A stretch of 64,000 nt of DNA, taken from NCBI GenBank assembly GCA_903904655.1, contig CAIVDK010000139.1, positions 3,325 to 67,324 on the forward strand, written 5' to 3'. The notes under the pieces are model-generated. The model was not told the DNA's origin and did not search any database. It worked only from the letters and a program-made list of their open reading frames with translations. Source of the stretch: an uncultured delta proteobacterium. GTDB lineage: Bacteria; Desulfobacterota; Syntrophia; Syntrophales; Smithellaceae. The position numbers and the translations under genes are program-made. Each line of letters begins with the position of its first letter. The first letter of the stretch is position 1. Below, one piece after another: positions 41,560 to 50,124 of this stretch.

Positions 41560-43856
41560 GGCTGAAGCATTTCATTCCGCAGATTGAGAGAAACAATCCG
41601 TTGTTCTGGACAGTGTTATTGGGATTCGCCCCATGGCTGTTGGTGCCGCTGGCCTATGGCAAATGGGGTGTGGCTGCATCAATCGTTTTTATGTCCGTTT
41701 CTATCGCCGGACTTGGCTTTTTAACCTTATTTTGCTTCGGATTTTTTGATGACCGTCCCTCCTTGAGAATTGTTTTTTCATTGGGCACGGGGGTGATTGT
41801 CCAGAGTGGGTTTTTCTACTTTGCCGTTCGCTTTGGATTTAATAGTTTTCTGCTATATTGGAGCATCTGCGCGTTGGGCGGAATGGGGGCAGTCCTTCTG
41901 ATCCGATCATTGTGGCAAAAACCAAAAGGCGTATTAGACAGTCGGCGTCTGTGGTACTTGGTACTTATTTCAATCGTTGTTTGCCTATCCTATTTTATGA
42001 CAGATATTCGGAAAAACCATGTGAATACTCAAGATAATGGTTATTCATTTTTGCATCCGGACTCAACCTTCAATATGACTGTTGCCGCTGCTATCAAGAA
42101 CGGTGTTACACCCTGGAACCCTCTATCAGGTGAAGTCCCTCTCGCGTATCACTATGGTTCCCATAGCATTGCCGGGTCCCATGCAAAAGTCACGGGGACA
42201 AGCCTTGGTGATGGATTGTTGGCTTTGGCAGGTGTCGGGCTGATAGCCCTTTTGAGTGCATCCGTGGGTTTGGCAGCGCTTGTGACGCGGATGTACGGCG
42301 GAGATCCCATAATAGGTCCCATTGTAGGTGGAGCTTCAGTATTTCTTTACGATATAGCGAAAATCTTACGGGTAGGTTTCCGTTTTGTGGTCAAAGTCTC
42401 AGGCTTCAGTGTATCGGATTTTGGTGATATTACTTTTTGGTCGGGTTCTGCAGGTCATTTTCTTTACACCCCGTTTTGGTCGGGCTCTACAGGGCATTTT
42501 TTTTACGGCCATTCGACTGTCTGGGGATCGATAGGATTGATCGTCATCTTGAGTTTGGCGCTTTGGCATTGGGACAAAAAGGAGGAGGGGTCTAGCTGGT
42601 GCGATGCATCGGCTTTGTCATTTCTTTCAGTGCTCGTTTTCCCACTCAACGTGTTTGCCGGCATTGCTGTTAGCGGAACCCTGGCAGCGGTCGCGCTCAT
42701 TCGCAGCATAAAACATTGGGAAAGCTGGTTTTTTGCTACCATCATCGTAAGCACTTCGATTGGAATTCTTTGGGCCATGGGTGTGACCGAAGGCCAAGCT
42801 TTGAGCGATGCCGCGGCAGTTTTGCAGAACAATAGTCCGCTGATCAGCTTATTAGCTTCATCTGCGGAACGTACGGCAACTCTTTTCTGGGTATTTCTTG
42901 GATTTGGTGTGGGATTAGTGCCGATGGGAATGATTTTTTCTAAGCATCGGTGTCTTTTGGCGCAGATATCGCTGGTACTTGCGACAGGCGGATTTATTTT
43001 TCCATCTCTTTTCGATATGGATATTTATGCAAATAATCTTTATTTTCTCCGTTTCTTTTTCCATTTTTCAGTTGTATGTGCCATGGCGATTTTGAGCAGA
43101 GGATTCCGCGAATGGATAGAAAGCCAGGGGGCAGTCATTTTCATTGAACAACCCATAAGGGTATGGCGCGTTATTGCTTTTGTCTCACTCATCTTTCTGG
43201 CCAGTCAAATGTGCGGATGGGCTATTTCGCTGGAGGGGGTTCATCCATTTTATGATGGGATCGTAAGAATTTCTACACCTCTTTTAATGGCAATCCTCAG
43301 TTTTTGGCTATGGAAAAATATCAAATGGTCTGTAGCTGCACGCACCGTTTCACTGATGATTCTGGCATTCATCATTTTACTCCAAATAGCAGGCACAGCC
43401 AGGCAAATTTATATATATGCGTTCAAGATGCCTTTGATAAGCAACAATCCTCTTCTGGTACTCGATTCGAATGAACTGAAAGGATTAAATCGCCTTCGCT
43501 CCGTTTCAGACCCAGGTGACTTATGTGCGACAAATCGTAATTTAAACGGAGATCGAAACTTAATAGGCATTGGTGCAACATTTCAGCTTTTGTATTCACC
43601 GCTCTCAGAGCGACGCTTCCTTATTGAAACGCCATTTCCTTTTGCCAAGATTGGCTCAGAAGAGGTTCGATCAGACAATAAACTCCTGTTTGAAAGCAGC
43701 GATGCAGAAGCTATGCGTTATGTCACCAATAAGTACAGGATACGGTACCTCGTCTGCGCACCGGGAACAGATCTTGCCTTGACAATAAACCTGCCGCCGT
43801 GGTTATATCGAGTTCCAGATACTGGATCGTTGAAAATCTATGAGGTTCGCACTTGA
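41556..43856 (+). CDS. Large polytopic membrane protein, putative GT-C-type glycosyltransferase (function unknown)
   Basis: 766 aa with 15 or more hydrophobic helices. FFDDRPS acidic pair follows an early TM helix. Soluble C-terminal region ends ...GSLKIYEVRT, as in many ArnT/PMT-like proteins. The CDS is secure; the function is inferred. Confidence 0.5.
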   Translation: MRLKHFIPQIERNNPLFWTVLLGFAPWLLVPLAYGKWGVAASIVFMSVSIAGLGFLTLFCFGFFDDRPSLRIVFSLGTGVIVQSGFFYFAVRFGFNSFLLYWSICALGGMGAVLLIRSLWQKPKGVLDSRRLWYLVLISIVVCLSYFMTDIRKNHVNTQDNGYSFLHPDSTFNMTVAAAIKNGVTPWNPLSGEVPLAYHYGSHSIAGSHAKVTGTSLGDGLLALAGVGLIALLSASVGLAALVTRMYGGDPIIGPIVGGASVFLYDIAKILRVGFRFVVKVSGFSVSDFGDITFWSGSAGHFLYTPFWSGSTGHFFYGHSTVWGSIGLIVILSLALWHWDKKEEGSSWCDASALSFLSVLVFPLNVFAGIAVSGTLAAVALIRSIKHWESWFFATIIVSTSIGILWAMGVTEGQALSDAAAVLQNNSPLISLLASSAERTATLFWVFLGFGVGLVPMGMIFSKHRCLLAQISLVLATGGFIFPSLFDMDIYANNLYFLRFFFHFSVVCAMAILSRGFREWIESQGAVIFIEQPIRVWRVIAFVSLIFLASQMCGWAISLEGVHPFYDGIVRISTPLLMAILSFWLWKNIKWSVAARTVSLMILAFIILLQIAGTARQIYIYAFKMPLISNNPLLVLDSNELKGLNRLRSVSDPGDLCATNRNLNGDRNLIGIGATFQLLYSPLSERRFLIETPFPFAKIGSEEVRSDNKLLFESSDAEAMRYVTNKYRIRYLVCAPGTDLALTINLPPWLYRVPDTGSLKIYEVRT
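42435..42512 (+). repeat. 39-bp in-frame tandem duplication (FWSGSAGHFLYTP / FWSGSTGHFFYGH)
   Basis: ttttggtcgggttctgcaggtcattttctttacaccccg is followed by ttttggtcgggctctacagggcatttttttacggccat. Confidence 0.9.
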
Positions 43857-43919
43857 GGGTTTGCGATAGACGGATATTTGTATTCATGCTCTATACTTTA
43901 TTTCAAAACATTGCGATGA

Positions 43920-44933
43920 ATGAGAGTTGAGAAAATGGATTCTATTGAGCTGAAAAGTGATTTTATATCAGACATGTCGATATCCGTTATTATTCCTGTT
44001 TATAACAGCGAGCAATCCCTGCCCGTTCTCATAGACCGACTCGAATCAGTGCTGAACGGTTCCTGCCAGACTTTCGAGGTGATCCTTGTCAACGACAGCA
44101 GTTGCGATGGAAGCTGGGAAACAATTGTTTCTTTGGCCGAACGTTTCCCCTGGCTCCAAGGCATTAACCTTATGCGTAACTACGGCCAGCATAACGCCCT
44201 TCTGTGCGGCATACGCCAGGCAAAGCACGAGTATATCGTCACGATAGACGACGACCTCCAGAATCCACCGGAGGAAATCCCTCATCTGCTTTCCCGTCTC
44301 GAAGAGGGATACGATGTCGTCTATGGAACGCCGCAGGAGCAGCAGCACGGCCTGTGGCGAAATCTGGCCTCCACGTTAACCAAGATGGCCCTCCAAGGTT
44401 TCATGGGCGCAGAGAACGCCCAGCAGGTCAGCGCTTTCCGGGCGTTCCGAACCGACTTGCGCGAGGCCTTCAGCAAATACGAGGGATCCTTCGTTTCTAT
44501 TGACGTCCTGCTGACCTGGGGGACGACAAGGTTCTCATCCGTACCTGTACGCCATGAACCAAGAACAATCGGCCAGTCCAATTACACCTTCTCACGCTTG
44601 CTCATACATGCGGTCAATATGATGACAGGATTTTCAATCCTGCCTCTGCAGGTAGCGAGTTTTCTTGGTTTTGCCTGTACGATTTTCGGCCTTTGCATTC
44701 TGATTTACATCCTGGCCATTGTCCTCGTATACGGCAGCGTGGTTCCGGGATTCCCTTTTCTTGCCTCCATCATCGCGATCTTCTCTGGCGCTCAACTTCT
44801 CGCGCTGGGTATCATCGGCGAGTACTTGGCTCGTATGCACTTCAAATCGCTGGGACGTCCAATATGTGTTATACGAGAGCACATCAATACAGAACCAACA
44901 ATTCAAATGAAAGGCGTATCTGATGATAAATAG
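43920..44933 (+). CDS. ArnC/GtrB-family undecaprenyl-phosphate glycosyltransferase (GT2 with two C-terminal TM helices)
   Basis: ISVIIPVYNSEQSLPVLIDRL, RNYGQHNALLCG, TIDDDLQNPPEEIPHLLSRLEEGYDVVYG, and the C-terminal GAQLLALGIIGEYLARM. This parallels E. coli ArnC closely. The start may be an internal ATG (MDSIE... or MSISV...). Confidence 0.85.
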   Translation: MRVEKMDSIELKSDFISDMSISVIIPVYNSEQSLPVLIDRLESVLNGSCQTFEVILVNDSSCDGSWETIVSLAERFPWLQGINLMRNYGQHNALLCGIRQAKHEYIVTIDDDLQNPPEEIPHLLSRLEEGYDVVYGTPQEQQHGLWRNLASTLTKMALQGFMGAENAQQVSAFRAFRTDLREAFSKYEGSFVSIDVLLTWGTTRFSSVPVRHEPRTIGQSNYTFSRLLIHAVNMMTGFSILPLQVASFLGFACTIFGLCILIYILAIVLVYGSVVPGFPFLASIIAIFSGAQLLALGIIGEYLARMHFKSLGRPICVIREHINTEPTIQMKGVSDDK

Positions 44934-45723
44934 TTTTGATCTACAGGCGGTTCGTAACCATTGGATTCAACAGGCGATAGAACATGGCTTGTCATCGGCA
45001 GCTTCCTGGTCGGACCGTAGGGTAATCGAAATGGAAGTAAGGGAAATCACCTCACATTTATCAAGCGGAGACCGAGTCCTAGATATCGGCTGTGCGAATG
45101 GTTTCTCAACCGCTCAATATGCAGCGCAAAAAAAAATAAAAATTCGCGGGATTGACTATATCCCTGAAATGATTGAATTAGCAAATCATCGGTTAAAATC
45201 CCTACCACTTCACTTGTCAGGGGTGGTTGATTTTTGTATTGGCGATATAACAAATTTGAATGAACCAAATTCAAGCTATGATAAAGTTATTTGCACAAGG
45301 GTTCTTATTAATTTAGGAGATTGGGACAATCAACGTGATGGCTTGAGTGAGTCTATCCGTGTTCTTAAACCAGGTGGCACACTTATTCTATCAGAAGCAA
45401 CATTGCAGGGCTGGAATCAAATCAATAAACTTAGGCGCGAATGGAAATTGCCAGATATTCCCATGCCGCCATTCAATAAATATCTGGACGAAGATCAATT
45501 AATATCAGAGGCAACTAAAAATTGTAATCTCATTGATGTAATCAATTTTGCCAGCACATATTTTGTTGGTACGCGTGTTCTTAAACCACTTTTAGCAAAG
45601 GCTTTAAATGTTGACGTTGATGTGGCAGATCCAAACATGGAATTCAATAAATGGTTTGCGAATTTACCTGCATGGGGCGATTTTGGCACACAAAAACTTT
45701 TTATATTTAATAAAAAAACATAA
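44923..45723 (+). CDS. Class I SAM-dependent methyltransferase (AT-rich gene)
   Basis: VLDIGCANGFSTAQYA (motif I), IRGIDYIPEM, LKPGGTLILSE. 11-nt overlap with the ArnC-like gene. Confidence 0.75.
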   Translation: MINSFDLQAVRNHWIQQAIEHGLSSAASWSDRRVIEMEVREITSHLSSGDRVLDIGCANGFSTAQYAAQKKIKIRGIDYIPEMIELANHRLKSLPLHLSGVVDFCIGDITNLNEPNSSYDKVICTRVLINLGDWDNQRDGLSESIRVLKPGGTLILSEATLQGWNQINKLRREWKLPDIPMPPFNKYLDEDQLISEATKNCNLIDVINFASTYFVGTRVLKPLLAKALNVDVDVADPNMEFNKWFANLPAWGDFGTQKLFIFNKKT

Positions 45724-46610
45724 TGCTCATCATGAAACAATGCCTGAAATGTAAAAGGACATTCAATGAAAACGGCTGGACATGTTCCAGTTGCGGATGG
45801 AGCCCCGTCGAAGTCTCAGACTTTCCGGCTTTCGCACCAGAAGTAACGGCGGAACTGGATCATTACCCGAAAGACGCTTACGCCAAGCTCTATGAACTTG
45901 AAACCGATTCGTTCTGGTTCAGAAACCGGAACAAACTGATTCTAAAAACATTGGCAAATGATTTTCCGGACGCCTCTAGCCTGCTTGATATTGGCTGTGG
46001 GACCGGTTTTGTGCTCGCAGGTATTGCGGCCGCCAACCCCGGGTTACGTCTGGTGGGCTCTGACCTGCATCATGAAGCCTTGGATTACGCGCAAATAAAG
46101 TTGCCCGGTGCTGTCCTGTTGCAGATGGATGCGGGGAACATACCATATGCCGAGGAATTCGACGTGATCTGCTCCTTCGACGTCCTTGAACATATCAACC
46201 GGGACGATGAGGCGCTGAAGCAGATCCATCAAGCACTGAAACCGGGCGGCGGTTTGATGATTACGGTTCCTCAGCATCCATGGCTTTGGAGCCGGGCCGA
46301 TGATGATGCCCGACACCTGCGCCGCTACACCCGCCAAGACCTTTGCAATAAGTTGATAGAAAAAGGATTCCGGATCATCAGGACCAGTTCCTTCATCTCG
46401 TTTCTCCTCCCTCTCCTGATCATCTCACGGCTATCGACCTTTTTAAAATCCGGAAAAAAGCCGATCAATTCAAAGCAACGTGAGCTTCATTTGCCTCACT
46501 CAATTGACGTTCTATTTGAAACAATATGCTCATGGGAAAATTCACTGATCAATCGTAATCTTTCTTTTCCTTTAGGCGGATCGCTCTTTTGCGTAGCCGT
46601 CAGGAGGTAG
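45723..46610 (+). CDS. SAM-dependent methyltransferase with N-terminal zinc ribbon
   Basis: CLKCKRTFNENGWTCSSCGW (C-x2-C...C-x2-C), LLDIGCGTGFVLAGIA (motif I), LKPGGGLMITVP. Confidence 0.8.
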   Translation: MLIMKQCLKCKRTFNENGWTCSSCGWSPVEVSDFPAFAPEVTAELDHYPKDAYAKLYELETDSFWFRNRNKLILKTLANDFPDASSLLDIGCGTGFVLAGIAAANPGLRLVGSDLHHEALDYAQIKLPGAVLLQMDAGNIPYAEEFDVICSFDVLEHINRDDEALKQIHQALKPGGGLMITVPQHPWLWSRADDDARHLRRYTRQDLCNKLIEKGFRIIRTSSFISFLLPLLIISRLSTFLKSGKKPINSKQRELHLPHSIDVLFETICSWENSLINRNLSFPLGGSLFCVAVRR

Positions 46611-46613
46611 GTA

Positions 46614-47774
46614 ATGAAACCCTTTAAAATTCCATTCAGCAAGCCCTTCATCGTCGGGAAGGAACTCTTCTACATTGCCCAAGCCGTTATTGAAAACCGC
46701 CATACTGCCGGCGACGGCCCCTTCACGAAAAAAGGCCAGTTCTGGCTGGAGGAACGACTCGGTTGCCGAAAGGCTCTCCTAGCTCATTCGTGTACCGCAG
46801 CCTTGGAGATGGCGGCTATTCTGGCTGGCATTCGGCCCGGTGATGAGATCATCATGCCCTCCTTTACCTTTGTATCCACGGCTAACGCCTTTGTTCTCCG
46901 CGGAGGCATTCCGGTTTTCGTAGATATCCGTCCGGACATACTGAACATCAATGAAGCGCTCATTGAAGAAGCCATCACATCCAAGACGCGGGCCATCGTT
47001 CCCGTCCACTACGCCGGCGTTCCCTGTCAGATGGATGCCATCATGGAGATCGCCCAACGAAAGCAGCTTTTGGTTATCGAAGATGCCGCTCAAGCGCTCT
47101 TATCACGATCCCAGAGCAGATACATGGGGACGATCGGCCAGATGGCATGTCTAAGTTTTCACGAGACAAAGAATATTATCAGCGGAGAGGGTGGCGCCCT
47201 TCTCATAAACGACCCGTCATTGATTGAACGGGCAGAGATCATTCGAGAGAAAGGCACCAACCGAAGCCAGTTTTTTCGCGGGCAAGTGGACAAATACACC
47301 TGGGTTGACATTGGCTCATCATACCTTCCCAGCGATATTCTCGCCGCATTCCTGTATGCCCAGATGGAGAACGCCGATCAGATCATCGCCAAGCGGAATC
47401 TGATCTATGATCTATACATGGAGGGCCTGCAACCGCTTGCTGAAAAAGGTTGCATCCAACTCCCGTTCATTCCCAATGATTGTCATTGTAACGGTCATAT
47501 TTTCTACATCATAACCCGATCTTTGGAAGAAAGAACAGAGCTTATTAAATTTCTGAAAGAGCATGGCATCTTGGCTATCTTTCATTACGTACCACTCCAT
47601 AGCTCCCCGGCCGGTCAATTGTACGGCAGGATAGGCGGTCCTTTAGAGGTTACACAGCGGGTCAGCGACTGCTTGTTGCGGCTACCGCTGTATTATGAGA
47701 TGACGACTGAAAATGTTCAGGATGTGATCGAGAAAATAACTCGATTCTATAGTAAAAATATTGCCAAGACGTGA
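46614..47774 (+). CDS. wecE: dTDP-4-amino-4,6-dideoxy-hexose (Fuc4N-type) aminotransferase, WecE/RffA orthologue (DegT family)
   Basis: Near-colinear with E. coli WecE as I recall it: SCTAALEMAA, IIMPSFTFVSTANAFVLRGG.PVFVDIRPD, VPVHYAGV, FHETKN (PLP Lys), ERAEIIREKGTNRSQFFRGQVDKYTWVDIGSSY. Confidence 0.88.
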   Translation: MKPFKIPFSKPFIVGKELFYIAQAVIENRHTAGDGPFTKKGQFWLEERLGCRKALLAHSCTAALEMAAILAGIRPGDEIIMPSFTFVSTANAFVLRGGIPVFVDIRPDILNINEALIEEAITSKTRAIVPVHYAGVPCQMDAIMEIAQRKQLLVIEDAAQALLSRSQSRYMGTIGQMACLSFHETKNIISGEGGALLINDPSLIERAEIIREKGTNRSQFFRGQVDKYTWVDIGSSYLPSDILAAFLYAQMENADQIIAKRNLIYDLYMEGLQPLAEKGCIQLPFIPNDCHCNGHIFYIITRSLEERTELIKFLKEHGILAIFHYVPLHSSPAGQLYGRIGGPLEVTQRVSDCLLRLPLYYEMTTENVQDVIEKITRFYSKNIAKT

Positions 47775-47913
47775 TGGAATATCAACGATTAATTAAGAAT
47801 ATTAAATATTTATAAAATTTGCCATTCACCCATGCAAAACATTAATTCACTAAATATGTGAGGTTTCCGTCCGTTCGCCCCACCACTGTCAGTGGTTTTG
47901 AGAGAATAAATAA

Positions 47914-48996
47914 ATGAATAAGAGAATGTTTAGTGTGAATTCAACAAAGGCTTGCAAAGGGGTGGCGTTAATATTTCTCCTTTGGCACCACTTGTTTTAC
48001 CAGCACCCCGAATTTGGTTTTTTTATTCACAGTACCGCTGTGCTTGCAAAGGTATGTGTGGCAATCTTTGTTATTCTGAGTGGTTATGGTTATTCTGAGT
48101 CGGTCAAATTTAAAAATGTTGGCCTATTTGAATTCTATAAAAATCGGTTTATTGTCATCTATTCCAACTACTGGTTCATAGCGCTTATATTTGTCTCTAT
48201 TGGTGTTTTATTTATGGATAGAACTCTACAGAGCGCATTCAGTAGTCATGCCTATGCTAAATTTATAATTCAAATGACTGGGCTGCATAGATTCGCGTAT
48301 AGTGAATTAGGATATAATGAGACATGGTGGTACATGAGCGTAATAATACCTTTGATAGTTCTCTTTCCATTTATTTATGATCTAATTAGAAAATATAGTC
48401 TTTTTCTATTGTTTCTGTTATTGGTTCTCCTTATTCCTAACAAAGCAGGTATTCCTGTGATTAATGAATGGATTCTTCCATTCGCATTAGGTGTATTTTT
48501 GTCGCAAAGAGACTATATTTCAGCAATCAGCAGGCATTTAAGCACTTTTGGATGGTGGCGTTTTTTTATCCTTTTCATGGCGATTACGTTGATAGCCGCT
48601 TTCAGGTCATACAGCCCGCTATTGAGCGGAACAAAGATTGATTGGCTCTTTGGTTTTTTGATTATTCTATTTGTTTTTGAACTAACTATGAAGTCAAAAA
48701 TAATTGAGAAATTACTCTCTATGTTGGGCGGTCATCTTTTTAATGTGTTTCTCTTTCATACCTTCATTTTCTATTACTACTGGGAAAGTTTTGTTTATTC
48801 ATTCAGTCAGCCCGTCTTAATATTAATTGTTTTATTATCTCTATGCGTTACCATCTCTATAGCTTTAGAGTACTTGAAGAAGTTGTTAGGTTTCTATTGG
48901 GTCATTGAAAAAGTCAAAAGTCTGAAAATGCCTTTCTCAATGGAAATTCCGTTCCAAAAAGACGCTCCAGCTGACGTTCGGACCTCACGTCGCTGA
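47914..48996 (+). CDS. Acyltransferase-3-like polytopic membrane protein (AT-rich, probably acquired)
   Basis: 360 aa with about 10 TM helices and N-terminal KGVALIFLLWHHLF. Strongly AT-rich codon usage relative to the rest of the island. Confidence 0.5.
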   Translation: MNKRMFSVNSTKACKGVALIFLLWHHLFYQHPEFGFFIHSTAVLAKVCVAIFVILSGYGYSESVKFKNVGLFEFYKNRFIVIYSNYWFIALIFVSIGVLFMDRTLQSAFSSHAYAKFIIQMTGLHRFAYSELGYNETWWYMSVIIPLIVLFPFIYDLIRKYSLFLLFLLLVLLIPNKAGIPVINEWILPFALGVFLSQRDYISAISRHLSTFGWWRFFILFMAITLIAAFRSYSPLLSGTKIDWLFGFLIILFVFELTMKSKIIEKLLSMLGGHLFNVFLFHTFIFYYYWESFVYSFSQPVLILIVLLSLCVTISIALEYLKKLLGFYWVIEKVKSLKMPFSMEIPFQKDAPADVRTSRR

Positions 48997-49085
48997 GCTA
49001 TGCGATAGGCAATTGCGCAGAGACGGCAATTACTTGAAGAAAAATGTGTGGCGGTGGTTCGCATTATTTTATAAAAAGGAGAACG

Positions 49086-50093
49086 ATGATGGTGTCTAGT
49101 AAATACATTATAATTACTTCAATTAATGCTCCTGGTGAGGCGATGTCAGGATTTTGTAAGTGGGCCGGGTGGCAGGTTGTCGTTGTCGGCGACCGAAAGA
49201 CACCGGAAAACTGGCATTATGATGGCGTAACCTATTTGGGAATAGAAAAGCAGTTTGAAGAATATGGTGAATTTGCCAGAGCCATCCCGGAGAACACATA
49301 TCTTCGCAAGATGATGGGATATGTGTATGCCATAAGACGCGGTGCCACCGCCATTTTTGAAAGCGATGATGACAACATCCCTTATCCGGATGCGGCAAAA
49401 ACCATTGATGGGATCATCCAAGCAGCAGATCGTATGGATGGGGAACGACGTCGAAGCAGCAACAACTGGTTGAACGCATACGAACTGTTCGGTGCCCTTA
49501 AATGCTGGCCGCGAGGGTTTCCTTTGGAGTTCGTAAAGCATTCATCCGGCAACGCAGAAACGGGGACTGACAATAAACCATGGGCGATCAAACAGTTTCT
49601 GGCGGATGAAGATCCCGATGTTGATGCAGTTTATCGCATGATCGATGGTCAATCCGTGTACTTTGCGCGCGCGCGCAAGTTTATTCTTGACGAAGGGACA
49701 TACTGCCCTATCAATTCCCAGGCAACGCTATGGATGCCGGAAGCATTCCCTTTACTTTTTCTTCCCACAGGCGTTTCGGACCGTGTTACCGACATTCTGC
49801 GGGGCTATATCGCTTCGGCCTGCCTTTGGAAGGCGGGTCATGCCGTCGCATTTGCCAGCCCCGTCGTTTTTCAAAAGCGCAACTTTCATGACCTGCACAA
49901 AGACTTCCTTCAGGAGATGCCACTGTACGTAAATTCAAATACATGGTGTCAGTGCCTGCTTGACATTAAGGAATCTAATATGATTGATGGCTATCGTTCG
50001 GCCATTAAGAAACTTTCCGATCTGCAGGCTATTCCGGAAAATAATTTATCCATCTATGATATGTTTCTATCCGCTGCCGGCCTCACCTCGTGA
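49086..50093 (+). CDS. STELLO/DUF288-like putative glycosyltransferase
   Basis: ATG at 49086 (AAGGAG upstream). IIITSINAPGEAM, WQVVVVGDRKTPENW, YLRKMMGYVYAIRRGATAIFESDDDNIPY resemble the DUF288 (STELLO) signature as I recall it. Confidence 0.5.
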   Translation: MMVSSKYIIITSINAPGEAMSGFCKWAGWQVVVVGDRKTPENWHYDGVTYLGIEKQFEEYGEFARAIPENTYLRKMMGYVYAIRRGATAIFESDDDNIPYPDAAKTIDGIIQAADRMDGERRRSSNNWLNAYELFGALKCWPRGFPLEFVKHSSGNAETGTDNKPWAIKQFLADEDPDVDAVYRMIDGQSVYFARARKFILDEGTYCPINSQATLWMPEAFPLLFLPTGVSDRVTDILRGYIASACLWKAGHAVAFASPVVFQKRNFHDLHKDFLQEMPLYVNSNTWCQCLLDIKESNMIDGYRSAIKKLSDLQAIPENNLSIYDMFLSAAGLTS

Positions 50094-50124
50094 CACCGGA
50101 TTAAAGAGTAAAAGGAGGTACCCA

